DNA of 64,000 nt from NCBI RefSeq assembly GCF_046119375.1, contig NW_027362769.1:401884001-401948000 (forward strand), read 5' to 3'. A model generated the notes under the pieces. The model made no database searches. It was not told where the DNA came from and worked only from the letters and a program-made list of their open reading frames with translations. Positions 12,846-25,872 of this stretch are shown piece by piece. Made by a program: the position numbers and the translations under genes. The DNA is from Phyllobates terribilis (taxonomy: Eukaryota). Position 1 is the first letter of the stretch. Each line of letters starts with the position of its first letter.

Positions 12846-14659
12846 CAGGTCAGCAAATCTTCTGAAATTCAGATTCTCCAAGTTCATCAAATTCTTCCCA
12901 AAAATTCAATTCATCGTGAATGTAAAGTACTACAAAGCCTCCGATTGCCCTGAAAACAATATATGTAACACTCTGTGGTCTACTAGGACTGTATAAAACC
13001 CCTTGAAACACAAGCATAGCTTTAGTAATGCTATCACACACTATCCGTAATGTTTGTGTTTTCTCTCTGTATCTCTATTGCTGAGCTGTAACATCCTCTC
13101 ACTATCCAGATTCACTGTAAAAAAAAAAAAAAAAGGCTGCTGCATTCCCTGCTTTGGCTTTTATACAGGCTATAACAGTCCCTGACCGATTGGCAGCGTC
13201 ATGTGACGCTTGCTTGGCTGCAGCCGAGATCACGTGAGCCTTCTCCGATTGATCAAGCTTCTAGGGCATTATTCTGGAGAATGGTCTAACATAAGAGAGG
13301 CTTTGTCGGTCCATAGCCACCAACCAGAGATGGTCGTTCTGTTCCTGCTCCTGTGTAGTGATGGCCGGAGCATGGACCCGTCCCGTGTGCATCTGACCTG
13401 ACAGACACATGGATGTGTGAATCCGGCATTATGGGCATCACAAAACATGGCAGACGCGCTGTAAACTGGAAATGTGAATCCAGCTGTATCTGTGTGTGTG
13501 CATCACCTGGAATTATACATCAACCCTGTGAGTAACGGGCAGACAGAATATTTATAAGCGAGTGATCTGCCCGAGTCCTGCTGGGGTATTATATGGCATC
13601 CAATATCAGTCCGAGATGGACTTTGTTAATCTCTATTGGCACAACAATGTTGAAGCGAGCGGCGCATACCAATGTGGTAGAGGAAAGGCACCGAGGAGAA
13701 GAGAAACCATGACGCCGCTCCAGGTAATGGATGAAGAGGAAACGAAGCCCAGACCATAGGGAAGGAAACAATTATTACACAGATTCAGGACAAGTTACAG
13801 AAACAGAACCCAAATACGTGGAGGAAATCAAAGCCAAACCTAAATGTGACTATGTATTTCCCATGGATAGGTGCTGGTGCCCCCATTCTTCTGCTGCCTC
13901 CCTGGAAAGGCACGAGGAGCATTGTGGAGTCTGAACAGCGCCTCTCCTGTCAGTGGTAGGACCCAGCACCGTCATCATTTCAACACAGCGCTGCCCATGT
14001 GACTGCTGTTGGAAAATAGCTAGAGAACTGAGAAGGAAAGGCACAAAGCAGGGTACTAGTCGTCGGAAACGCATAGTCACATTTAGGTTCAAGGGTCACT
14101 TAAAATGTCGTTTTTTTACCTTAATCTTTTATCGCTCCAGCAATTTTTCATTTTTGCTATTGTTTTTTGTTTTTCTCCTCTTCTACTAAGAACCATCAAT
14201 TTTTTAGTTTCCCGTCTCCTGAGCCGTACAAGGCCTGTTTAATCCGCACGCCGAGGGCTCCCTGGCCCTCCGCACGCTGAGCTCATGTTTTCTTTGCTTT
14301 TCTTGCATGTTTGGGAGACGTTTGGTGACGCGACATAAGACATCCGGGATTAAGAGTAATTATATATATATATAGTTATTGTATGTAATATACCAGCGTG
14401 AGTCCACTATATACACCCATACTGTGTACGCACCATGATAGGAAGTGATAAAAGGGTTGTTTGTCACTGCTCACTTTGCACTGCTCCGCGTAAGGCACTG
14501 ATTATGTGGCATCCCCCCGCGACTGACTGCACCGGACGTTGCCCCCACAGACTGACACAAGTCGTGTGTGATTCGCTTTATTACAGCCGTATAGTCATCC
14601 ACGCTGCGCTGTGATCAGCGACGGCCCCTTAATGTTGTGCTGGTGGCTCCTGCTGTTCC

Positions 14660-16426
14660 TCACACCACCTCCAGGGGGTCGCGGTCAGTCTGGGACACCA
14701 TCACCTCCACCTGCCCCTCCAGGCGCTGTGCTATCTGAGCCGCCAGTTCCCGCAGGTAGCCCCGCTCCGAGTTACTGTGCTCACACAGGATCACACTGCG
14801 GCCCTCCGCCACCGCATCCAGGACCTCGTGGTGCGACATCTCACCTGCGGAAGAAAGAGGGCGCTGTCATCAACAGCAGCAAGAACAAGGGTGCTTATTA
14901 TAAAGACAGAGCTGTCACCATCTGCACCTGTCAGGTGTAATACCTGACAAAACCTGTGGAGAGAGGTGGCGCTGTGTTCCCTAATGACATATCTCCCTGT
15001 GGTCGTCTCTCCACTGTGTTACCTGTCAGGTAGAGGTCGGCGGGGACGCCACTTAATATGCTGCTCCCAGAGCCGGCGCAGACGGCCATGACAGTCACAG
15101 GGGATTCTGGGAAAATCAAGAAGGAATGAAGCGTGAAGGATCCTCCAGGGAGAGCAGAGAAACCGACACAGAGATGATGGGGGTCACACTCACCCAACGT
15201 CTTCCCTCGCCCCAGGGCGAGACGCACGTGCTTCAGGCCCACGTGACTTTTGATGCGTTCAACAGCGTCAGCCATGGACACGGGATCCGCGAGAGTGCAG
15301 AGGCGACCCATCCCCGTGTCCAGCAGAGGGGGCTGCGGAGACAGAGAATATCCCCAGGGGTCTGTACAATGTCACCAGTAGAGGGAGCTGGTGAGATTAC
15401 ACACCGGGGGTCTGTACAATGTCACCAGTAGAGGGAGCTGGTGAGATTACACACCGGGGGTCTGTACAATGTCACCAGTAGAGGGAGCTGGTGAGATTAC
15501 ACACCGGGGGTCTGTACAATGTCACCAGCAGAGGGGGCTGGTGAGCATATCCCCGGGGGTCTACACGGTGGGCATCTTACCTTCTGCAGGGTGAGCAGCT
15601 CCGCGCCCCTATAGACCTCGGGGTCCTCGGACAGTATGGCGAGGGCCTGCAGCATTGCACTGTGGGAGCAGCTGAGCCGGACCCGGGCGCCGTCCTCCTT
15701 GCTGCTCCTGGTGATGGTCGGGGTCAGGTGTATACAGCGACTGACATCATACAGGTATGTATATACTCTGCAGGACGTTACCTGAGCGGGAAGGTGCGCA
15801 CACACGCCCCCTGCAGGGCGCTCACCCTGCTCAGCACGGACTCCGGGACGTCTCCCCCAAACTCCAGGACGTGTCCGTGTCCTCCGGGGTGAGAGAGGGC
15901 GGTGGAGGTGCGGAGCGGCACGGACACAGCGCCACCTGCAGACAGTCGGGGGTTAGACAGGGTCTTGGGGCGAGTGCCCCTGGATACGAGGACATGACTC
16001 ACCCAGCGCTCGCCCCAGCCAGGCGTTCACCCCGTTGGCGAGGGCGTCGCAGGCGGTGTGTGGGGAGTACACCGCCAGCCGCTTCTCCAGCGCCGTCACC
16101 ACCAGCCGCTCCTTCCAGTGGGCGCCAGTCAGACGCTTCAGCGCCCTGAAGATGGGCGGGTGATAGGACAGCACCAGGTCGGCCCCCGCCGCAAGCGCCT
16201 CCTGCAGGACGTCCTCCGTCAGGTCATTGGTCAGCAACATCTTACGCACCTGGTGCGGGGGGCTCGGCTCCACCAAGAGCCCGACGTTATCCCAGCTCTC
16301 CGCCAGGGCCGGGGGAGCCAGCGCATCCAGACGCGAGACCACCAAGGACAGGTCCATCATGTGCCGGCGAGGAGGACGCGAGGAAACGGCAAGGAGGAGG
16401 GGCCACAGCGGCCGGCAATGCAGCAT
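14660..16426 (-). CDS. NIF3L1: NIF3-like protein 1 (NGG1-interacting factor 3-like), 6 coding exons, 370 aa
   Basis: Exons (minus): 16003-16426, 15782-15935, 15581-15707, 15194-15332, 15023-15106, 14660-14844 (1113 nt, intact frame). Motifs AESWDNVGLLVEP, LTNDLTE, SYHPPIF, YSPHTA, GMGRLCTL, CAGSGSS, GEMSHH, CEHSNSERGYL, TDRDPLEVV. AATAAA on minus at 14577-14582. Confidence 0.97.
15355..15560. repeat. 50-bp tandem repeat (~4 copies) in a NIF3L1 intron
   Basis: TCTGTACAATGTCACCAG recurs at 15361, 15411, 15461 and 15511. Confidence 0.9.
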
Positions 16427-16509
16427 TCAGGACAAAGGGGCGGAGTCTGGAGGAGGAGCAAAGAAAACATCAAAAGAAAAAGTGCGAACAATGGATATAA
16501 ATGTCAACA

Positions 16510-19500
16510 CCCCTCTGCCCTGCGCCCCCTCCTCTAATGCTGTACACCCTGCGCCCCCCTCCTCCGCGCTCCATGCCCTGCGCACTGTATACCTTCCGCC
16601 CCCTCCTTCACACTGTATACCCTGCGACCCCTCCTCTAATGCTGTACACCCTGCGCCGCCCTCCTCCGCGCTCCATGCCCTGCGCCCCCCTACTCCGCGC
16701 TCCATACCCTGCGCACTGTATACCTTCCGCCCCCTCCTCCACACTGTATACCATGCGCCCCCTCCTCTAATGCAGTACACCCTGTCTCGCGCCCCCTCCT
16801 CTAATGCTGTACACCCTGCGCCCCCCCTTCCTCCGCGCTCCATGCCCTGCACCCCCCTCCTCCGCGCTCCATACCCTGCGCACTGTATACCTTCCGCCCC
16901 CTCCTCCACACTGTATACCCTGCGCCCCCTCCTCTAATGCTGTATATCCTGCGCCCCCTCCTCTAATGCTGTATGCCCTGCGCCCCCTCCTCTAATGCTG
17001 TATGCCCTGCGCCCCCTCCTCTAATGCTGTATGCCCTGCGCTGCGGTCCCTCCTCTAATGCTGTATGCCCTGCGCCCCCCTCCTCCGCGCTCTACACCCT
17101 GCGCCCCCTCCTCTAATGCTGTATGCCCTGCGCCCCCTCCTCTAATGCTGTATGCCCTGCGCCCCCTCCTCTAATGCTGTATGCCCTGCGCCCCCTCCTC
17201 TAATGCTGTATGCCCTGCGCCCCCTCCTCTAATGCTGTATGCCCTGCGCCCCCTCCTCTAATGCTGTATGCCCTGCGCCCCCTCCTCTAATGCTGTATGC
17301 CCTGCGCCCCCTCCTCTAATGCTGTATGCCCTGCGCCCCCTCCTCTAATGCTGTATGCCCTGCGCCCCCTCCTCCGCGCTCTATACCCTCCGCGCTCTAT
17401 ACCCTCCGCCCCCTCTACCCTCCGTCCCCTCCTCCGCGCTCTATACCCTCCGCCCCCTCCTCCATGATGTATACCCTGCGCCCCCTCCTCTAATGCTATA
17501 TACCCTGCGCCCCTTCCTCCGTGATGTATACCCTCCGTTCCCTCCTCTAATGCTGTATACCCTGCGCCCCCTCCTCCAATGCTGTATGCCCTGCGCTCCC
17601 TCCTCCGCGCTCTATACCCTCCGTCCCCCTCCTCCGCGCTCTAAACCCTCCGCCCCCCTCCTCCGCGCTCTATACCCTCCGCCCCCCTCCTCCGCGCTCT
17701 ATACCCTCCGCCCCCCTCCTCCGCGCTCTATACCCTCCGCCCCCCTCCTCCGCGCTCTATACCCTCCGCCCCCTCCTCCGCGCTCTATACCCTCCGCCCC
17801 TTCCTCTAATGCTGTATACCCTCCGCCCCCTCCTCCGCACTGTACACCCTGCGCCCCCTCCTCCGCCCTGTATACCCTCCGCCCTGTATACTCTCGGCCC
17901 CCTCCTCCGCCCTGTATACCCTCGGCCCTGTATACCCTCGGCCCCCTCCTCCGCCCTGTATACCCTCCGCCCTGTATACCCTCGGCCCCCTCCTCCGCCC
18001 TGTATACCCTCGGCCCCCTCCTCCGCCCTGTATACCCTCGGCCCTGTATACCCTCGGCCCCCTCCTCTGCCCTGTATACCCTCGGCCCCCTCCTCCGCCC
18101 TGTATACCCTCCGCCCTGTATACCCTCGGCCCCCTCCTCCGCCCTGTATACCCTCGGCCCCCTCCTCCGCCCTGTATACCCTCCGCCCTGTATACCCTCG
18201 GCCCCCTCCTCCGCCCTGTATACCCTCCGCCCTGTATACCCTAGGCCCCCTCCTCCGCCCTGTATACCCTCCGCCCTGTATACCCTCGGCCCCCTCCTCC
18301 GCCCTGTATACCCTCCGCCCTGTATACCCTCCGCCCTGTATACCCTCCGCCCCCTCCTCCGCCCTGTATACCCTCCGCCCTGTATACCCTCGGCCCCCTC
18401 CTCCGCCCTGTATACCCTCCGCCCTGTATACCCTCGGCCCCCTCCTCCGCCCTGTATACCCTCCGCCCTGTATACCCTCGGCTCCCTCCTCCGCCCTGTA
18501 TACCCTCCGCCCTGTATACCCTCGGCTCCCTCCTCCGCCCTGTATACCCTCCGCCCCCTCCTCCGCCCTGTATACCCTCCGCCCTGTATACCCTCGGCCC
18601 CCTCCTCCGCCCTGTATACCCTCCGCCCTGTATAACCTCGGCTCCCTCCTCCGCCCTGTATACCCTCCGCCCTGTATACCCTCGGCCCCCTCCTCCGCAC
18701 TGTATACCCTCAGCCCTGTATACCCTCGGCTCCCTCCTCCGCCCTGTATACCCTCGGCCCCCTCCTCCGCCCTGTATACCCTCGGCCCCCTCCTCCGCCC
18801 TGTATACCCTCCGCCCTGTATACCCTCGGCCCCCTCCTCCGCCCTGTATACCCTCCGCCCTGTATAACCTCGGCTCCCTCCTCCGCCCTGTATACCCTCA
18901 GCCCTGTATACCCTCGGCCCCCTCCTCCGCACTGTATACCCTCAGCCCTGTATACCCTCGGCCCCCTCCTCCGCCCTGTATACCCTCAGCCCTGTATACC
19001 CTCAGCCCCCTCCTCCGCCCTGTATACCCTCGGCCCCCTCCTCCGCCCTGTATACCCTCGGCCCCCTCCTCCGCCCTGTATACCCTCGGCCCCCTCCTCC
19101 GCCCTGTATACCCTCCGCCCTGTATACCCTCGGCCCCCTCCTCCGCCCTGTATACCCTCCGCCCTGTATACCCTCGGCCCCCTCCTCCGCCCTGTATACC
19201 CTCCGCCCTGTATACCCTCGGCCCCCTCCTCCGCCCTGTATACCCTCCGCCCTGTATACCCTCCGCCCCCCTCCTCCGCCCTGTATACCCTCGGCCCCCC
19301 TCCTCCGCCCTGTATACCCTCCGCCCTGTATACCCTCCGCCCCCCTCCTCCGCCCTGTATACCCTCGGCCCCCCTCCTCCGCCCTGTATACCCTCGGCCC
19401 CCCTCCTCCGCCCTGTATACCCTCGGCCCCCCTCCTCCGCCCTGTATACCCTCGGCCCCCCTCCTCCGCCCTGTATACCCTCCGCCCTGTATACCCTCGG

Positions 19501-22500
19501 CCCCCCTCCTCCGCCCTGTATACCCTCCGCCCTGTATACCCTCGGCCCCCCTCCTCCGCCCTGTATACCCTCCGCCCTGTATACCCTCGGCCCCCTCCTC
19601 CGCCCTGTATACCCTCTGCCCTGTATACCCTCGGCCCCCTCCTCCGCCCTGTATACCCTCTGCCCTGTATACCCTCGGCCCCCTCCTCCGCCCTGTATAC
19701 CCTCTGCCCTGTATACCCTCGGCCCCCTCCTCCGCCCTGTATACCCTCTGCCCTGTATACCCTCGGCCCCCTCCTCCGCCCTGTATACCCTCTGCCCTGT
19801 ATACCCTCGGCCCCCTCCTCCGCCCTGTATACCCTCGGCCCCCTCCTCCGCCCTGTATACCCTCTGCCCTGTATACCCTCGGCCCCCTCCTCCGCCCTGT
19901 ATACCCTCGGCCCCCTCCTCCGCCCTGTATACCCTCGACCCCCTCCTCCGCCCTGTATACCCTCTGCCCTGTATACCCTCGGCCCCCTCCTCCGCCCTGT
20001 ATACCCTCTGCCCTGTATACCCTCGGCCCCCTCCTCCGCCCTGTATACCCTCGGCCCCCTCCTCCGCCCTGTATACCCTCTGCCCTGTATACCCTCGGCC
20101 CCCTCCTCCGCCCTGTATACCCTCGGCCCCCTCCTCCGCCCTGTATACCCTCGGCCCCCTCCTCCGCCCTGTATACCCTCTGCCCTGTATACCCTCGGCC
20201 CCCTCCTCCGCCCTGTATACCCTCTGCCCTGTATACCCTCGGCCCCCTCCTCCGCCCTGTATACCCTCTGCCCTGTATACCCTCGGCCCCCTCCTCCGCC
20301 CTGTATACCCTCGGCCCCCTCCTCCGCCCTGTATACCCTCGGCCCCCTCCTCCGCCCTGTATACCCTCGGCCCCCTCCTCCGCCCTGTATACCCTCGGCC
20401 CCCTCCTCCGCCCTGTATACCCTCGGCCCTGTATACCCTCGGCCCCCTCCTCCGCCCTGTATACCCTCTGCCCTGTATACCCTCGGCCCCCTCCTCCGCC
20501 CTGTATACCCTCGGCCCTGTATACCCTCGGCCCCCTCCTCCGCCCTGTATACCCTCTGCCCTGTATACCCTCGGCCCCCTCCTCCGCCCTGTATACCCTC
20601 TGCCCTGTATACCCTCGGCCCCCTCCTCCGCCCTGTATACCCTCTGCCCTGTATACCCTCGGCCCCCTCCTCCGCCCTGTATACCCTCTGCCCTGTATAC
20701 CCTCGGCCCCCTCCTCCGCCCTGTATACCCTCTGCCCTGTATACCCTCGGCCCCCTCCTCCGCCCTGTATACCCTCTGCCCTGTATACCCTCGGCCCCCT
20801 CCTCCGCCCTGTATACCCTCTGCCCTGTATACCCTCGGCCCCCTCCTCCGCCCTGTATACCCTCTGCCCTGTATACCCTCGGCCCCCTCCTCCGCCCTGT
20901 ATACCCTCTGCCCTGTATACCCTCGGCCCCCTCCTCCGCCCTGTATACCCTCTGCCCTGTATACCCTCGGCCCCCTCCTCCGCCCTGTATACCCTCTGCC
21001 CTGTATACCCTCGGCCCCCTCCTCCGCCCTGTATACCCTCTGCCCTGTATACCCTCGGCCCCCTCCTCCGCCCTGTATACCCTCTGCCCTGTATACCCTC
21101 GGCCCCCTCCTCCGCCCTGTATACCCTCTGCCCTGTATACCCTCGGCCCCCTCCTCCGCCCTGTATACCCTCTGCCCTGTATACCCTCGGCCCCCTCCTC
21201 CGCCCTGTATACCCTCTGCCCTGTATACCCTCGGCCCCCTCCTCCGCCCTGTATACCCTCTGCCCTGTATACCCTCGGCCCCCTCCTCCGCCCTGTATAC
21301 CCTCTGCCCTGTATACCCTCGGCCCCCTCCTCCGCCCTGTATACCCTCTGCCCTGTATACCCTCGGCCCCCTCCTCCGCCCTGTATACCCTCTGCCCTGT
21401 ATACCCTCGGCCCCCTCCTCCGCCCTGTATACCCTCTGCCCTGTATACCCTCGGCCCCCTCCTCCGCCCTGTATACCCTCTGCCCTGTATACCCTCGGCC
21501 CCCTCCTCCGCCCTGTATACCCTCTGCCCTGTATACCCTCGGCCCCCTCCTCCGCCCTGTATACCCTCTGCCCTGTATACCCTCGGCCCCCTCCTCCGCC
21601 CTGTATACCCTCGGCCCCCTCCTCCGCCCTGTATACCCTCGGCCCTGTATACCCTCGGCCCCCTCCTCCGCCCTGTATACCCTCGGCCCCCTCCTCCGCC
21701 CTGTATACCCTCTGCCCTGTATACCCTCGGCCCCCTCCTCCGCCCTGTATACCCTCTGCCCTGTATACCCTCGGCCCCCTCCTCCGCCCTGTATACCCTC
21801 TGCCCTGTATACCCTCTGCCCCCTCCTCCGCCCTGTATACCCTCTGCCCTGAATACCCTCGGCCCCCTCCTCCGCCCTGTATACCCTCTGCCCTGTATAC
21901 CCTCGGCCCCCTCCTCCGCCCTGTATACCCTCTGCCCTGTATACCCTCGGCCCCCTCCTCCGCCCTGTATACCCTCTGCCCTGTATACCCTCGGCCCCCT
22001 CCTCCGCCCTGTATACCCTCTGCCCTGTATACCCTCGGCCCCCTCCTCCGCCCTGTATACCCTCTGCCCTGTATACCCTCGGCCCCCTCCTCCGCCCTGT
22101 ATACCCTCTGCCCTGTATACCCTCGGCCCCCTCCTCCGCCCTGTATACCCTCAGCCCTGTATACCCTCGGCCCCCTCCTCCGCCCTGTATACCCTCGGCC
22201 CCCTCCTCCGCCCTGTATACCCTCTGCCCTGTATACCCTCGGCCCCCTCCTCCGCCCTGTATACCCTCAGCCCTGTATACCCTCGGCCCCCTCCTCCGCC
22301 CTGTATACCCTCGGCCCCCTCCTCCGCCCTGTATACCCTCTGCCCTGTATACCCTCGGCCCCCTCCTCCGCCCTGTATACCCTCTGCCCTGTATACCCTC
22401 GGCCCCCTCCTCCGCCCTGTATACCCTCTGCCCTGTATACCCTCGGCCCCCTCCTCCGCCCTGTATACCCTCGGCCCCCTCCTCCGCCCTGTATACCCTC

Positions 22501-25370
22501 TGCCCTGTATACCCTCGGCCCCCTCCTCCGCCCTGTATACCCTCGGCCCCCTCCTCCGCCCTGTATACCCTCTGCCCTGTATACCCTCGGCCCCCTCCTC
22601 CGCCCTGTATACCCTCTGCCCTGTATACCCTCGGCCCCCTCCTCCGCCCTGTATACCCTCTGCCCTGTATACCCTCGGCCCCCTCCTCCGCCCTGTATAC
22701 CCTCTGCCCTGTATACCCTCGGCCCCCTCCTCCGCCCTGTATACCCTCAGCCCTGTATACCCTCGGCCCCCTCCTCCGCCCTGTATACCCTCAGCCCTGT
22801 ATACCCTCGGCCCCCTCCTCCGCCCTGTATACCCTCAGCCCTGTATACCCTCGGCCCCCTCCTCCGCCCTGTATACCCTCTGCCCTGTATACCCTCGGCC
22901 CCCTCCTCCGCCCTGTATACCCTCTGCCCTGTATACCCTCGGCCCCCTCCTCCGCCCTGTATACCCTCTGCCCTGTATACCCTCGGCCCCCTCCTCCGCC
23001 CTGTATACCCTCTGCCCTGTATACCCTCGGCCCCCTCCTCCGCCCTGTATACCCTCTGCCCTGTATACCCTCGGCCCCCTCCTCCGCCCTGTATACCCTC
23101 TGCCCTGTATACCCTCGGCCCCCTCCTCCGCCCTGTATACCCTCTGCCCTGTATACCCTCGGCCCCCTCCTCCGCCCTGTATACCCTCTGCCCTGTATAC
23201 CCTCGGCCCCCTCCTCCGCCCTGTATACCCTCTGCCCTGTATACCCTCGGCCCCCTCCTCCGCCCTGTATACCCTCTGCCCTGTATACCCTCGGCCCCCT
23301 CCTCCGCCCTGTATACCCTCTGCCCTGTATACCCTCGGCCCCCTCCTCCGCCCTGTATACCCTCTGCCCTGTATACCCTCGGCCCCCTCCTCCGCCCTGT
23401 ATACCCTCTGCCCTGTATACCCTCGGCCCCCTCCTCCGCCCTGTATACCCTCTGCCCTGTATACCCTCGGCCCCCTCCTCCGCCCTGTATACCCTCTGCC
23501 CTGTATACCCTCGGCCCCCTCCTCCGCCCTGTATACCCTCTGCCCTGTATACCCTCGGCCCCCTCCTCCGCCCTGTATACCCTCTGCCCTGTATACCCTC
23601 GGCCCCCTCCTCCGCCCTGTATACCCTCTGCCCTGTATACCCTCGGCCCCCTCCTCCGCCCTGTATACCCTCTGCCCTGTATACCCTCGGCCCCCTCCTC
23701 CGCCCTGTATACCCTCTGCCCTGTATACCCTCGGCCCCCTCCTCCGCCCTGTATACCCTCTGCCCTGTATACCCTCGGCCCCCTCCTCCGCCCTGTATAC
23801 CCTCTGCCCTGTATACCCTCGGCCCCCTCCTCCGCCCTGTATACCCTCTGCCCTGTATACCCTCGGCCCCCTCCTCCGCCCTGTATACCCTCTGCCCTGT
23901 ATACCCTCGGCCCCCTCCTCCGCCCTGTATACCCTCTGCCCTGTATACCCTCGGCCCCCTCCTCCGCCCTGTATACCCTCTGCCCTGTATACCCTCGGCC
24001 CCCTCCTCCGCCCTGTATACCCTCTGCCCTGTATACCCTCGGCCCCCTCCTCCGCCCTGTATACCCTCTGCCCTGTATACCCTCGGCCCCCTCCTCCGCC
24101 CTGTATACCCTCTGCCCTGTATACCCTCGGCCCCCTCCTCCGCCCTGTATACCCTCTGCCCTGTATACCCTCGGCCCCCTCCTCCGCCCTGTATACCCTC
24201 TGCCCTGTATACCCTCGGCCCCCTCCTCCGCCCTGTATACCCTCTGCCCTGTATACCCTCGGCCCCCTCCTCCGCCCTGTATACCCTCTGCCCTGTATAC
24301 CCTCGGCCCCCTCCTCCGCCCTGTATACCCTCTGCCCTGTATACCCTCGGCCCCCTCCTCCGCCCTGTATACCCTCTGCCCTGTATACCCTCGGCCCCCT
24401 CCTCCGCCCTGTATACCCTCTGCCCTGTATACCCTCGGCCCCCTCCTCCGCCCTGTATACCCTCGGCCCCCTCCTCCGCCCTGTATACCCTCTGCCCTGT
24501 ATACCCTCGGCCCCCTCCTCCGCCCTGTATACCCTCTGCCCTGTATACCCTCGGCCCCCTCCTCCGCCCTGTATACCCTCTGCCCTGTATACCCTCGGCC
24601 CCCTCCTCCGCCCTGTATACCCTCTGCCCTGTATACCCTCGGCCCCCTCCTCCGCCCTGTATACCCTCTGCCCTGTATACCCTCGGCCCCCTCCTCCGCC
24701 CTGTATACCCTCTGCCCTGTATACCCTCGGCCCCCTCCTCCGCCCTGTATACCCTCTGCCCTGTATACCCTCGGCCCCCTCCTCCGCCCTGTATACCCTC
24801 TGCCCTGTATACCCTCGGCCTCCTCCTCCGCCCTGTATACCCTCGGCCCCCTCCTCCGCCCTGTATACCCTCTGCCCTGTATACCCTCGGCCCCCTCCTC
24901 CGCCCTGTATACCCTCTGCCCTGTATACCCTCGGCCCCCTCCTCCGCCCTGTATACCCTCTGCCCTGTATACCCTCGGCCCCCTCCTCCGCCCTGTATAC
25001 CCTCTGCCCTGTATACCCTCGGCCCCCCTCCTCCGCCCTGTATACCCTCTGCCCTGTATACCCTCGGCCCCCTCCTCCGCCCTGTATACCCTCTGCCCTG
25101 TATACCCTCGGCCCCCTCCTCCGCCCTGTATACCCTCTGCCCTGTATACCCTCGGCCCCCTCCTCCGCCCTGTATACCCTCTGCCCTGTATACCCTCGGC
25201 CCCCTCCTCCGCCCTGTATACCCTCTGCCCTGTATACCCTCGGCCCCCTCCTCCGCCCTGTATACCCTCTGCCCCCTCCTCCGCCCTGTATACCCTCTGC
25301 CCCCTCCTCCGCCCTGTATACCCTCTGCCCTGTATACCCTCGGCCCCCTCCTCCGCCCTGTATACCCTCT
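16510..25370. repeat. ~8.9-kb C-rich minisatellite filling a 5'-UTR intron of NIF3L1; dominant 44-bp composite unit (16-bp CCCTGTATACCCTCTG + 28-bp CCCTGTATACCCTCGGCCCCCTCCTCCG)
   Basis: Direct periodicity. Older degenerate units (CCCCTCCTCTAATGCTGTATG) lie at 16500-17600, and the array is highly homogenised at ~20500-25300. Confidence 0.96.
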
Positions 25371-25619
25371 ATCTCACTGCCGGTTTGCACCAGCTTCCCT
25401 TGTATACTTTTCATTACAGAAAGCACCAAAGCCTCTAATAACCTGAAGTGGCTGATAACAGAGAGCAGTAGAGTGTATTCTGCCATCCCGCAGTCACCTG
25501 ACAAGGCTCAGGACAATAAGCACTAATATCAACGCTTCCCTGCAACTCACCACAAGTTCCAGCATCTCCTACTCCCTGCACTCACCGGTTCTGCCCACAA
25601 GTCACCACCTGCAGCTTCA

Positions 25620-25785
25620 GAGCGCCGCCATCTTTCTACACCCAGATTGCGAGTCACTTCCGTTCCCAACAGGAAATGCCGCCATCTTACCTCACCCAGC
25701 CGCCTCCCGCGCTCCTCAGGACGTCGCCCTGTTTCTACACTCAACTAACGGAAGTGCAAGCTGAACCGGAAGTCGGCCATATTGC
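25620..25785. promoter_or_regulatory. Bidirectional NIF3L1/PPIL3 promoter with YY1 and ETS/GABP motifs
   Basis: CGCCATCTT (YY1) at 25626-25634 and 25680-25688; CACTTCCG at 25655-25662, ACGGAAGTG at 25748-25756 and ACCGGAAGT at 25765-25773 (ETS). The region is CpG-rich and lies between divergent genes. The head-to-head arrangement is also known in mammals. Confidence 0.75.
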
Positions 25786-25872
25786 TACACCCATGAGATG
25801 AGAGAAAGGCGGGGGCGTCCATGTTGGTACACCCGGGAGCGCGGGCTCATTTCTGTCTTTCCCGTAGACACG

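Noticed and set aside
13560-14190. Short ORFs with coding-like purine-rich composition
   Set aside because: No consistent frame, splice structure or recognisable family.
22835-25504. 889-aa Gly/Arg-rich ORF, and the similar ORFs at 17355-18932
   Set aside because: They are translations of the 44-bp intronic minisatellite, which lacks stops in some frames. There is no codon-level signal and they lie inside the NIF3L1 5' intron.
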